A DNA stretch of 64,000 nt from Yuukianura sp. NJ FZ-2021 (taxonomy: Eukaryota). This document shows positions 17,094 to 28,247 of the stretch, piece by piece (the stretch's first letter is position 1; every line of letters starts with the position of its first letter). The position numbers and the translations under genes are program-made. The notes beneath the pieces are model-generated. The model searched no databases. It was not told the origin of the DNA and saw only the letters and a list, made by a program, of their open reading frames with translations. The DNA lies in the NCBI GenBank assembly GCA_046563655.1, contig CM102287.1, forward strand, positions 8,928,001 through 8,992,000. The letters run 5' to 3'.

Positions 17094-18625
17094 TCAACCA
17101 AAAGTGAGCATGAGTCGCACAATAGATCGCAGAACAAAGTTTTTGAGAATAATGAGGTACGTATTTCTGCGTATTGAGTAGAATGAGCCAAGTTTGAATT
17201 TTAGTTCTGGACATGACTTTCTAAATTGTTTTGTAAGGATGTAGGTGTGGGCTCTTGGAAATTGACCTGATACGACTCTAGCCTGTGCCAGAATGCGCAT
17301 GAACAGAAAGAAGAGGCCAAAGGTCGTGACTCCAATGAGTAGAAATAGGATAGTTGTGTAGTGATTAACTGAACTGTGCAAAATGATTAGCCAAAATGAA
17401 ACTGTGATTTGGATTAAAGATGCGACGATTTGAGTTGATGCAATGACGATGTTGCAAAGTGCGTCTACTTCAGCAAGTAACAATGCAGTTGTGCGGTAAA
17501 AGAGTTCCACGTTCTTCCGAGCACGAGTTGTCGTTTGACCAATCACAGCCCTAGAGAAAGTATTGCGGTAAACACAAATGTTTAGGGAAAGTAAAAAAAA
17601 AAATTGGAGAAAAATGTATTAGTTTCAGAAAGCGAGTTTTTGTTTGAAAAGGACAAAATTTTGGGGAAATTGAGTAAAATACCTGAGATTTCTGTCCTGG
17701 ATCCACTTGATGGTACAACTGTCCACGACTAGGATGCCAATGACACAGTACATGAGACAATGTGTCCACAGTACACTTGACAATGCAGTGATGTATAGTG
17801 ACAGTACAAGTATTTTGTGAGGAATTGGTGACATGACCCAAAGTATGAACCGCATAAATACCAAATCCGAGGAGAAAAATAAGTAAAAGCCCGGGATTTC
17901 CACCATAGGTGAACAGATTACCAAAATTGTCGAAAATGTTATCATTTCGTCCAGTCGGCTTTTGTCGGGCGGAGTAACAGAGAAAATAGTTTCTAAAAAA
18001 GGAAACTTAGAATGAAAACATAGAATTTTAAGTTTAGAAATTTGAAATTTTGTGTTTAGAAACTTAAAATTTTGAGGTCAAAGTTCCTTTTTTGCGTTAT
18101 ATGATACAATTCCAACTTATGCTACGTTTTCTATGCCGTTTCTCTAGGAGAGTCTGAAATATGCCAATATGCATGCTTAGCGTGGACCTCACTATTCTAA
18201 TCAATAGATACATCTATGTGTGTGTGTTTCGTAAATTCTTTTGGAAACTTACGGTACTTTTGATTGTAAGCCAAGTAGTTGTTGAGTAAATGCATGCATC
18301 TGTCTAGTCTTGTGAGATAGAAAAATTCGAGTAGAAGAGCCATAGCAAAAATGCAGGCAATGCAGATGAGCATAAATGTTTCTTCGGTTGGTAGTTTTAC
18401 AAATACGGAAACTAATGCAAATTGAGCAAGTGCTATCAACTGCGTAGTAATGCTAAACCAAGTAACAAATTTCCACAAAGGTATTTTAATCTTCTTAAAA
18501 CACCCGTAATTTGTAGCTGGTTCAAATTTTAAATTTTTAGAATCAAATGACAACGGTAACAAATAGAAAATATTTCCAATCCAACAACAAAACTGAATAA
18601 GTTTAAACGTTTTTTTGGAAATCAT
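17094..18625 (-). CDS. Gustatory-receptor-like multi-pass membrane chemoreceptor, 3 exons
   Basis: Exons 18625-18253, 17992-17683, 17550-17094 splice in frame; many hydrophobic helices; C-terminus LKFKLGSFYSIRRNTYL...LMLTFG resembles the three genes at 42.7-47.6 kb. Confidence 0.65.
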
Positions 18626-19459
18626 TTTCGTCTTCAAAAAAGAAAGGAATCAAATTTTTTTTTCGAATTTGTTTGTGTCCAAATGCAATAACAGGAATGG
18701 TGGCGACACAAATTCAGTTCAGTGCTCTTCCTTTTGTTTACGAAGCTTCGATACTTTTTGATTTTGGTTTTGAAAGGTTATTTTTGGGACACTTTAGTAA
18801 GTTGTTTTTGTGTAAACTTCTGAAAAGAGGTTTTAAATTGAAGTTTTTACTATTATGCTCAAAGCTTTCAAAAACGTTTTAAAAATGACATTTTTTTTAG
18901 AAACAAACAACATAAAAAATTTAAAGAAACTCTTACTTATGGTCTTTTCAAAAAAAGAATTAATGTTGCGATTGCTGAAAATCTTATGTGAAAATTTAGA
19001 ACATACATCAACCTTGGAGTTAATTAAGACAATTTTAATTGGGTTTTCCCATAACGTCATCCAGGATGGATAGTGTAGTGAACAATTCCAAATTACATTA
19101 CAAAAAAATCTCAAATGTACGAATATGAAAACAAGTTTCTAAGCTAAAGCAAAAACACATGAAAAGGAACACAAAAACTACTAACTTTGCTATAATAGAA
19201 TTCATGGACACTCGATTTGAGCAATTTCCCTGATTTCATTTATGAATTTAGTTAATATTTTACCTTCCACTATGTTGTAATCTATGTAAAGTTACAATTT
19301 ATAAACTAAACTAAACATAAAAACTCCGGTCACACGTTTTTAGACTTGCAAGAAAACTTATATATTGACAATTCCCAAAATCTACGAACGAAGTATTTCT
19401 AAAATTTTACATTTTTGCACTACTTTTTTTTTGTTACAACGAATTTGTACAACTGTACA

Positions 19460-21068
19460 ATGCCCGCCAAACTAAAGTTTTTGTTCATGCCGGCTGATGG
19501 ACTGGGTCACTACAACGCCTGTTTTGGACTCGCTGGTGTACTGCGTGACAGGGGTCACAGCGTGACCTTTGTGGGGTCACTTAAATGGAAAGGCAAGTTG
19601 GCTGCTCAAGGATTTGTAGAAGAATTGTACAGTGTTCCAGGAGAAGAAAACGAAAGTGAGGAGCAATGTGGGGAAAGATGGGGCAAAATGATAGCAGCAG
19701 CCGCTCCAGTCTTTTCTCTTCCACCAATAGAAATGCACGAACACGTCTACTTACCCCTGGGGCTAACCGGAATCAGGTTGATTCAAGCTATCAACGATCA
19801 GCTGGCGGAAATTGTGCAGCGTGTTCAACCGGACATGATCGTTGCGGACTTGTTTCATCACATTCCTGGACTTATGGATCAAGGTATGTATTTTGAAGCG
19901 GTATCTACGGTATTTGAAACGGTACCGGTACAATTTTATTTAAAACGGGTACCCTTCATAAACTAAAAGGTACCAGAGTCGTCATTTCGACGGTATTTCA
20001 TATTAGTATTTCATATTTTTTTTTTAGGGTGATTGTATATGAAATGGTATTGATAAGTTAACGGTATTTTGTTGCGGTATTTGTAGGGTACCCCTGGATC
20101 TTAGCATTTTCATCTCAACCGTTACCGTTTTCCCGCCAAAACGTGCCGCCACCATTTGCTGGACTACCGACTACTGATCCTGACAACCACAAGCAAACTT
20201 GGGCACAATGGGACGAAAAACATGCCCAGATTTACAAAAATTATGAAAATGAGTACAACGAATTTCTAAAAAGCAAAGGAAGCAAGGAAATTAAATTTTC
20301 ATTTCCATATTGTTTGCAACACTTCTCCCCTCATGCAAATCTGTACATGTACCCAAAGGAATTGGACTACACAAGTATTCGGCCTAATCCGCCAAACTTT
20401 TTTCAATTCGACACATTCATGCGACCGGGAACTGGAAATTTTGAAATTCCTGAACAACTTAAATCGGGCCCTGGGAAAATAGTGTATTTTTCAATGGGGA
20501 CAATGGGCGCAGTTGAATTGAATTTGATGCGGAAACTGATTTCAATTTTATCAAAGTCTCCAAACAGATTCATTGTTTCTAAAGGTATGTGCGAATTTCA
20601 AAAAAATCCAAAATTTTGAAAATTTCTAAAAAAAATTTGGAACTTTTAGGCCCGAAAGGTGAAGAACTCGAGCTTCCTGAAAACATGTGGGGAGAAAACT
20701 ATGTTCCACAAATAGACGTGCTCCCATTGGTGGATCTCGTGATCACGCATGGCGGGAACAACACGATTACGGAATCGTTTTACTTTGGGAAACGTGTTCT
20801 CGTTCTGCCTTTACTTTTTGACCAACCAGATAATGCTCAGCGTCTGATCGAAACTGGACTAGGACTTGGCTTCAATCCATTCACTGTCACTGAAGATCAG
20901 TTGCTCGTTGCCATAGAAACGCTCCTTGGCGACAACGTCTTAGAACAGAAAATGGCCGCTATAGGACGCAGAATCCAAGCATCGAATAGCCAATCAAGAG
21001 CGGCCGATTTAATTGACCAAATGACAAGAAAAGTAATCCGTGACACTAGGGGCTGCCGACAGCAGTAA
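19460..21068 (+). CDS. UDP-glycosyltransferase (GT1, soluble bacterial/mite-like type), copy 1
   Basis: N-terminal DGLGHYN (catalytic His), RGHSVTF, VYFSMGT, signature VPQIDVL...ITHGGNNTITESFYFG...PLLFDQPDNA; exons 19460-19883, 20087-20584, 20651-21068; no signal peptide or TM anchor. Confidence 0.93.
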
Positions 21069-21594
21069 ATCAAGAGCAGAAGAGAAATTCTTAAAATTTC
21101 AAAATTCTCAAAAATTTTAATTTTTAGTTTCCAAATATCTAACTTTTAATTTCCAAATTTTTCTCGCCAATCACTAAATTGAGTATTCTGTTGTGTCTAA
21201 ATTTTCTTTTTGCACTATTTTTTTTTTGCTGAGCATAATTCGTGATGTTTTTATGAATAAAATGACCTCGTGATGTTTTGCAAAAACATCACGAGTTTTT
21301 AGCAATTCGTGTCACATGGTCATTTTAACCTTGTTTGTCCTCCACGCGCATCTACGTGACCTTTTCATTTATCACTGACTATCAATTGAGAATCTCAATT
21401 AATACAACCTTCAACTTAGCCAATAAAGCCTTTAATTCACACTCTAACTTGATATCTCATATTTTTAGTGAAAAAAAAACCGCTTCAGTGTTTAAAATTT
21501 TCACTTTCTAAACAAGCAGCTAAACAGTTGTGGAATTTGGAAATTAAAAGACAAATCGCATCCCTTGTGCCGATTTGAATTTTGGCGGTACAAA

Positions 21595-23906
21595 ATGTCG
21601 TCAGAGAAGTTGAAAATACTGTTTGTACCGGAAGACAACATGATGGGACCATTCAATGCCTGTATAGGCATAGCTTCTGTGTTGAGAGACAGAGGTCACG
21701 TGGTGACCTTTGCAGCATCGACAAAATGGGCAGGAAAATTGAAAATTCAAGGCTTCCAGGAAGAACTGTTCACTGGGCCAGACGAGGAACTTAATGCTAA
21801 AGGTGAAGCTGGAGATACTTTTGGTGACTGGATTACCGCAATTGCTCCAGTTTTGGCTCAACCGACTATAAAATTCCATGAAGCCATCTACAGCAAAATG
21901 TTGGAAGAAACAACCAAAATGATTATTCATACGAATGAACAATTCAAGGCAATTGTAGCACGAGTACAACCGGATGTGCTTGTGCTTGATCTGTGCCAGC
22001 ATGTTCCAGCACTCATGGATGCAGGTAATGTACATGCACGTATCAGGTGAAATGGCCAAAACAATTTGGCCAAAAGTGAAATGGTCAGAGGTGAAAAGGC
22101 CAGAAGTGAAATGGCCAACATAGGCACAACATAGGCAAAACATAGGCACTACATAGGCAAAACATAGGCAAAACATTGGCAAAACATAGGCACTACATAG
22201 GCAAAACATTGGCAAAACATTGGCAAAACATAGGCACTACATAGGCAAAACATTGGCAAAACATTGGCACTACATAGGCAAAACATTGGCAAAACATAGG
22301 CACTACATAGGCAAAACATAGGCACTACATAGGCAAAACATTGGCAAAACATTGGCACTACATAGGCAAAACATTGGCAAAACATTGGCACTACATAGGC
22401 AAAACATTGGCAAAATATAGACACTACATAGGCATTTTTTCCTAATTCTGATCTTTTCACTTTCTGGTCTTTTCTTATTTTGGCCATTTCACTTTTTGGT
22501 CTTTTCACTTTTTGGCCTTTTTAATTTTTGGTCATTTCCTTTCTGGCTTTTTCGCATTTTGGCCTTTTCACTTTTTGGCCATTTTAATTCTGATCTGTTC
22601 ACTTTTTGGCCATTTCACTTCTGGCCTTTTCACCTCTGACCATTTCATTTTTGGCCAAATTGTTTTGCCCAAATTACAAGGAATCGTACATGCGCGATTT
22701 CAAATGAAAAGATTCAAGAATACGCGCCACATGAGGTACATAAGTGCAATTACGGTACTTTGATTTCGTTTTCCAATAACATTCCGGAAAATTCAGAATT
22801 CACGAAATCTTAATTTTCGAAAAATTTCTCCTCCTAATAATAATTCTGGAATTTCTTCGCTCCATTTTGCATCCAATTTTTTTCTATTTTTTTTTTTCAA
22901 ATGAAGCTATATCTTTTTCATTTTTTTTTTTTTGAAGTTTCAGGAATACCGTGGATCCTCTCCGTATCATTGACTCCGCTAGGAATCTCGGGTGAAAACG
23001 CTCCTCCAGCTTGTTCCGGTTATCCCACAGAGGGTGACAAAAATGCCTGGAAATTGTACGATGAAGAAGTTGCCCGAGTTTACAAAAATTCGGACGCCGA
23101 ATTCAATGATTGGCTGGTTTCTCAGGGCAGTCGACCAATGAAAAGACAGTTTCCATTCATGATGGACTTTTCACCCTACGCCAATATCTACATGTACCCT
23201 GACGAATTGGACTACACTCCATTCCGCCCAAATCCACCAAATTTCTATCAATTTTCGTCTTTTGTCAGAAAATGTACCGAAACTTTTGAAATTCCGGAAA
23301 AACTGAAAAACGGTCCAGGAAAATTAATTTACTTCTCAATGGGAACTATTGGCTGCTGCGAAATTGGATTGATGAAGAAACTTATTTCATTTTTGGCCAA
23401 ATCACCAAATCGGTTCATTGTTGCCAAAGGTAAAAATGTGATTTACATTGTTGCAACATTTCAATATGTTTGAAATTTTGAACTTTGAAACTTTTTTTGA
23501 AACAGGGTGGAAAGGTGATGAGCTTGAGTTAAGCGACAACATGTGGGGAGACAAGTATTTACCGCAGTTAGCGATCCTGCCTAAGGTTGACCTTGTGATT
23601 ACCCACGGTGGGAACAACTCTGTGACGGAGTGCTTTTATTTTGGACGTCGCGTATTGGTTCTGCCGATTTTGTTTGATCAACCGGACAATGCACAGCGTA
23701 TTGTTGAAACTGGACTTGGGCTGGCATTCCATCCTTACAAAGTATCTGAAGAAGAGCTGCTGAAAGGAATTGAAACACTGCTGGCAGATGACCTATTGCA
23801 ACGCAGAATGACCGCGATTTCACGCAGAATGCAGTCGTCTAACAGCCAATCAAAAGCTGCCGATTTAGTAGAACAAGTTGCAAGGAAACAAAAAATTCAG
23901 CTTTAA
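21595..23906 (+). CDS. UDP-glycosyltransferase copy 2 (His replaced by Pro at the catalytic position)
   Basis: Exons 21595-22024, ~22944-23429, 23506-23906; signature LPQLAIL...THGGNNSVTE...FDQPDNA; N-terminal NMMGPFN. Confidence 0.9.
22038..22686. mobile_element. Foldback/MITE-like element with an internal 11-bp tandem array in intron 1 of UGT copy 2
   Basis: ~64-bp inverted repeats (22054-22118 vs 22606-22669) flank roughly 29 copies of cat(a/t)ggca(aa/ct)a at ~22119-22434; absent from the equivalent introns of the other three UGTs. Confidence 0.8.
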
Positions 23907-24162
23907 CTGTAACTCCTGCAAAACGAATCTAAACATTTGAAGACAAACAAATTTTAACAACGTAGCACAAAAGTAGTTCTTCCTCCACTAGATAAATGAG
24001 TCAAAAAATTTCTCTTCGCTTTACTAACTTCAGATTCGAATAAGTTTTTTATAGTCTTCAATAGTCAGCTGATTTTACACAGAAGTTTCATACTGTATAA
24101 GTTTCGGTTTGATTTTGTTTTTTTAGAAGTTTTAGAATTTCGTTGATTTTGTGTAAAAAAAA

Positions 24163-25682
24163 ATGTGTGAAAAGTTGAAAATTTTGTTTATGCCGGAAAC
24201 CGGTATGGTGGGATCCCTCAACGCTTGTATTGGCATTGCTTCTGTTTTAAGAGACAGAGGTCATCATGTGACCTTTGTAGTGGCAAGTACATGGGAAGGA
24301 ATACTAGAAAATCTAGGATTTTTGGAAGAGTTGTATTCGATTCCACCAAGAAAAAGTGATTCTGAAGAATCCGAAAATTCTGTTGATCCGATTTCACTGT
24401 CTCCTCTGGAACTACATGAAGCCTTATACGCAAAGTGTTTAAAAAAGGTCAACAGGACAATCCGTTATACACATGATCAGCTCAAAACAATTGTATCAAA
24501 AGTAGAACCGGACGTCATCGTACTTGATGTCTGTCAACATATTCCAGCACTCATGGACTCTGGTAATCCGCATGTGCAGATTTTTTTTCACTTTTCTACC
24601 AATTTGTGGTTGTAACGCCCTAATGCTTCTAAACGGTATTTTACGGTACTTGCAAAACTAAAATTCACAAAAAATTTTGGCGCACTTTACAAAAACGTTT
24701 TTTAGGAATTCCTTGGATACTTTCTATATCAATTATGCCGCTAAGCATTTCGAGAGTGAATGTCCCTCCTCCTTATGCTGGATTTCCTACGGAAGGAGAT
24801 CGAAGTGAATGGAAATCTTACGAAGACACAATTTCAAAAACTTATAAAATTTTGGATGAAAAATTCAAGGAGTGGCTGGTTAGCGTAGGAAGTGAGCCAG
24901 TAGAACGACACTTTCCATTTCACCTTAAATTTTCACCTTACGCCAACATGTACATGTATCCACTTGAGTTGGACTACACCGCCTACCGTCCAAATCCGCC
25001 AAATTTCTTTCAATTTGATGGTTACGTGACAAAATCAACCGAAGTTTTTGAAATTCCTGAAAAACTTGAAAATTGTCCAGGAAAACTGATTTACTTTTCA
25101 ATGGGAACTACTGGATTCTGTGAAGGACTGCTACTGCATAAACTGATTTCAATTTTATCAAAATCTCCAAACAGATTTATCATCTCCAAAGGTATTTTTG
25201 GAAAAAAGTGATTTCAAAAATCAAAATTCAAAAACTTAAAAATGCTTGTTTTGAAAATGTTTCAAGGTTGGAAATGCGACGAGGTTGAGCTGGGTGAAAA
25301 CATGTGGGGTGAAAACAACATTCCGCAGCTAGCTGTCATCCCATTGGTCGACCTTGTGATTACCCACGGCGGGAACAACACAATTACGGAATGCTTTTAC
25401 TTTGGAAAGCCTGTTCTGGTTCTTCCGATGCTGTTTGACCAACTTGACAATGCGCAGCGCATCCAAGAAACGGGACATGGACTGGCGTTACATCCCCATA
25501 GACTGTCTGAATCCGAGTTGCTGGTTGCCATAGAAACGCTATTGGCAGATGACCTCCTCCAACGCAGAATGAAATCCATATCGCGCAGAATCCAAGCATC
25601 AAATAGCCAATCAAAAGCAGCAGATTTAGTGGAAGAAGTAGCCAACAAGCATAGCAAACGAAAGCAAACTTTGAGTTTATGA
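24163..25682 (+). CDS. UDP-glycosyltransferase copy 3 (His replaced by Ser at the catalytic position)
   Basis: Exons 24163-24562, 24706-25191, 25267-25682; THGGNNTITE...FDQLDNA; N-terminal GMVGSLN; shorter first exon. Confidence 0.9.
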
Positions 25683-26067
25683 AAATTTGAAAACTAAAGT
25701 CTTGACGTTGCGATTTTAAAGAAGTTTGACAAAAATGTCAAAGTTAGGATGAAATTGTTATGAATTAAAAAATAAATGGGCACGTTGACACAGGAGTCAA
25801 TGCCATTTGTGAAATTTGTGAATGTCAGATTGACCTCTGCCAGTGTGAAGGTCATGATAAAGTAGTTCTGAAGTAGCCATAATCGTTGATAAGTTACTCA
25901 AGTGTTAGCATTGAAGATGAAATAGAAAGCATCAATCACTTTGACTTTAGTACTTGAATCTAGAGGTGAAATTTCATTTCAAAAACTTGTTTTAGAGATT
26001 TCTAAAAAAAATACAGTTTTTTTGTTGTGAACCGGCGGATTTCCAAGAAAATATTTCGGGCAGCAAC

Positions 26068-27537
26068 ATGGCTGAAGAAAAGTTGAAGTTTTTGTTTGTC
26101 CCCGTAGATGGGATTGGGCACTTCAACGCTAGTTTTGGCATAGCTTCAGTGTTGGTCGACCGAGGTCACTCGGTGACCTTTGCTGCCCCACCACAATGGA
26201 TGGGAAAACTGAAACCAATGGGATTCGAGGAAGAGATGTATACTGTATCAGACGAACCGGTACAAAGTACTGACGACAGTACAACAAAATGGATTCAAAT
26301 GATATCCGACACGGCTCAATCTTTTAGTCATCTTGTTGAAGTCCATAAACACTTCTACATCCAATTGTACATCCGAATTTGGAATTTCTACAGATATGCG
26401 CATGAGCAATTCAAACAAATCGTGGAACGGGTTAAACCAAACGCCATAATTTTGGATATCTTCTACCACGTTCCGGCGTTGATGGAAACCGGTAATTCGT
26501 TAAATATTTTGAATTTTTGAAACTCCCGCGTTTTATACAAATCGTGCGTCTTATACAAAAACATTTTTTTTTAGGAATTCCTTGGATTAACTTGATATCG
26601 ATTGCTCCACTAGCGATTTCCAGAGACAATGTGCCACCACCCTACGCAGGAATTCCGACAGAAGGCGATCCTACAGAATGGCAAAATTTTGAAACCGAAG
26701 TTTCAAAACTTTACAAAAATTTGGAAATTGAAAACAACCAATGGCTTAAAGATGTAGGAAGCAAAGAAGTCATACAATTCAAAATGCCGTACTTTATGAA
26801 ATATTCTCCTCACGCTAACATCTACATGTACCCAGAAGAATTGGACTACACAGCTTACCGCCAAAATCCACCTAATTTTTACCGGTTTGATGCCTTAGTA
26901 CGCAAGTCAAGCGACACTTTTGAAATTCCCGCAAAACTTGAAACCGGCCGTGGAAAACTGATTTACTTTTCAATGGGCACCGTTGGAAGCGTTGAGATCG
27001 GCGTAATGAAGAAACTGCTTTCAATTCTATCAAAATCTCCAAACAGATTTATCATTTGTAAAGGTACAATTTTCGAAAATTTTCACTTCGAAATTCCATA
27101 TTTCAAAATTTCGAAACTTAGGAGCCCGTGGAGATGAACTTGAGCTTGGAGACAACATGTGGGGTGCAAATCGCCTTCCGCAGCTAGCTGTCATCCCATT
27201 GGTTGACCTTGTGATTACCCACGGGGGGAACAACACAATTACGGAATGTTTCTACTTTGGAAAACGCGTTCTCGTCCTGCCTATGCTGTTTGACCAACTG
27301 GACAATGCGCAACGCATACAAGAAACTGGACATGGACTGGGATACAATCCGTACAAGGTGACCGAAGACGAGTTGCTTGTTGCCATAGAAACGCTACTTG
27401 GAAACGACTTACTGGAAAGAAGAATGACCTCCATTTCGCGCAGAATCCAAGCGTCCAATAGCCAATCAAAAGCGGCGGATCTGGTAGAGGAAATCGCCCG
27501 GAAACATTACGAATCTACAAAATTCCACCAATACTGA
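26068..27537 (+). CDS. UDP-glycosyltransferase copy 4
   Basis: Exons 26068-26491, 26575-27063, 27122-27537; DGIGHFN with catalytic His; THGGNNTITE...FDQLDNA. Confidence 0.93.
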
Positions 27538-28247
27538 AGGGGGTACTAGTTGAAACATTAGTGCAAACGGTTGTATGTGATTAATTTCAAGGGGTAAGAA
27601 ACTAGTAATTAAGTTTTTAAGCTTCAATTAATTACTGACGACCAATTAACATAAGGAGAAGTTTACTGAAATAAAATTCTAGAAATTGTTTGCCCAGCTA
27701 TGAAGAAGTGGGTGATTCTCTGTGCGTGGGTATCCTCTACTGCGACTTGGAATTTCAAAGATAAGACGAAGTAAACATTTGGTTTGTTTTCATTGAGATT
27801 GAAGGCGAGTTTGTTTACGAAAAGAAGGTCACGAGGTCAATCAATGTATAGGACGTTTTAATTAGTGCTACATGACGTAAATAACACATAAAACATAAGC
27901 TGTTGTGTGTCATTGTTTGGTGACTGGTTTGCCAGCTTCCCCATTGGTAAGGTAGGGCCTTTTTTAATAATAAAAGAAATAGAAGTTAAGTAGATATTGA
28001 TACGATTCAACTTGAATCGAATTGCTTGAATCATTCAAGCATCGAATATAGTGTGTAACGTTTGTTGTTCGCGATTAACACACCAGTAGTATTGCGAAAC
28101 TTACGATTAGTTTTAAGCTGTCAACGTGGTGAAAGGTGTTTGGCAGTGCCACATTATCCTGGAAGAAAAGTCAACGAATTTTAATTTTTTTTTGCTGAAA
28201 TAGGGACTCCGGGGTTGGGGGAAGTGCACGGAAGAGTCCGGTATTCA

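Noticed and set aside
21601..22508. Minus-strand ORFs of repeating MFCLCSAYVLP / MFCQCFAYVVP
   Set aside because: Translation of the 11-bp tandem array in an intron and antisense of a UGT exon; not a protein
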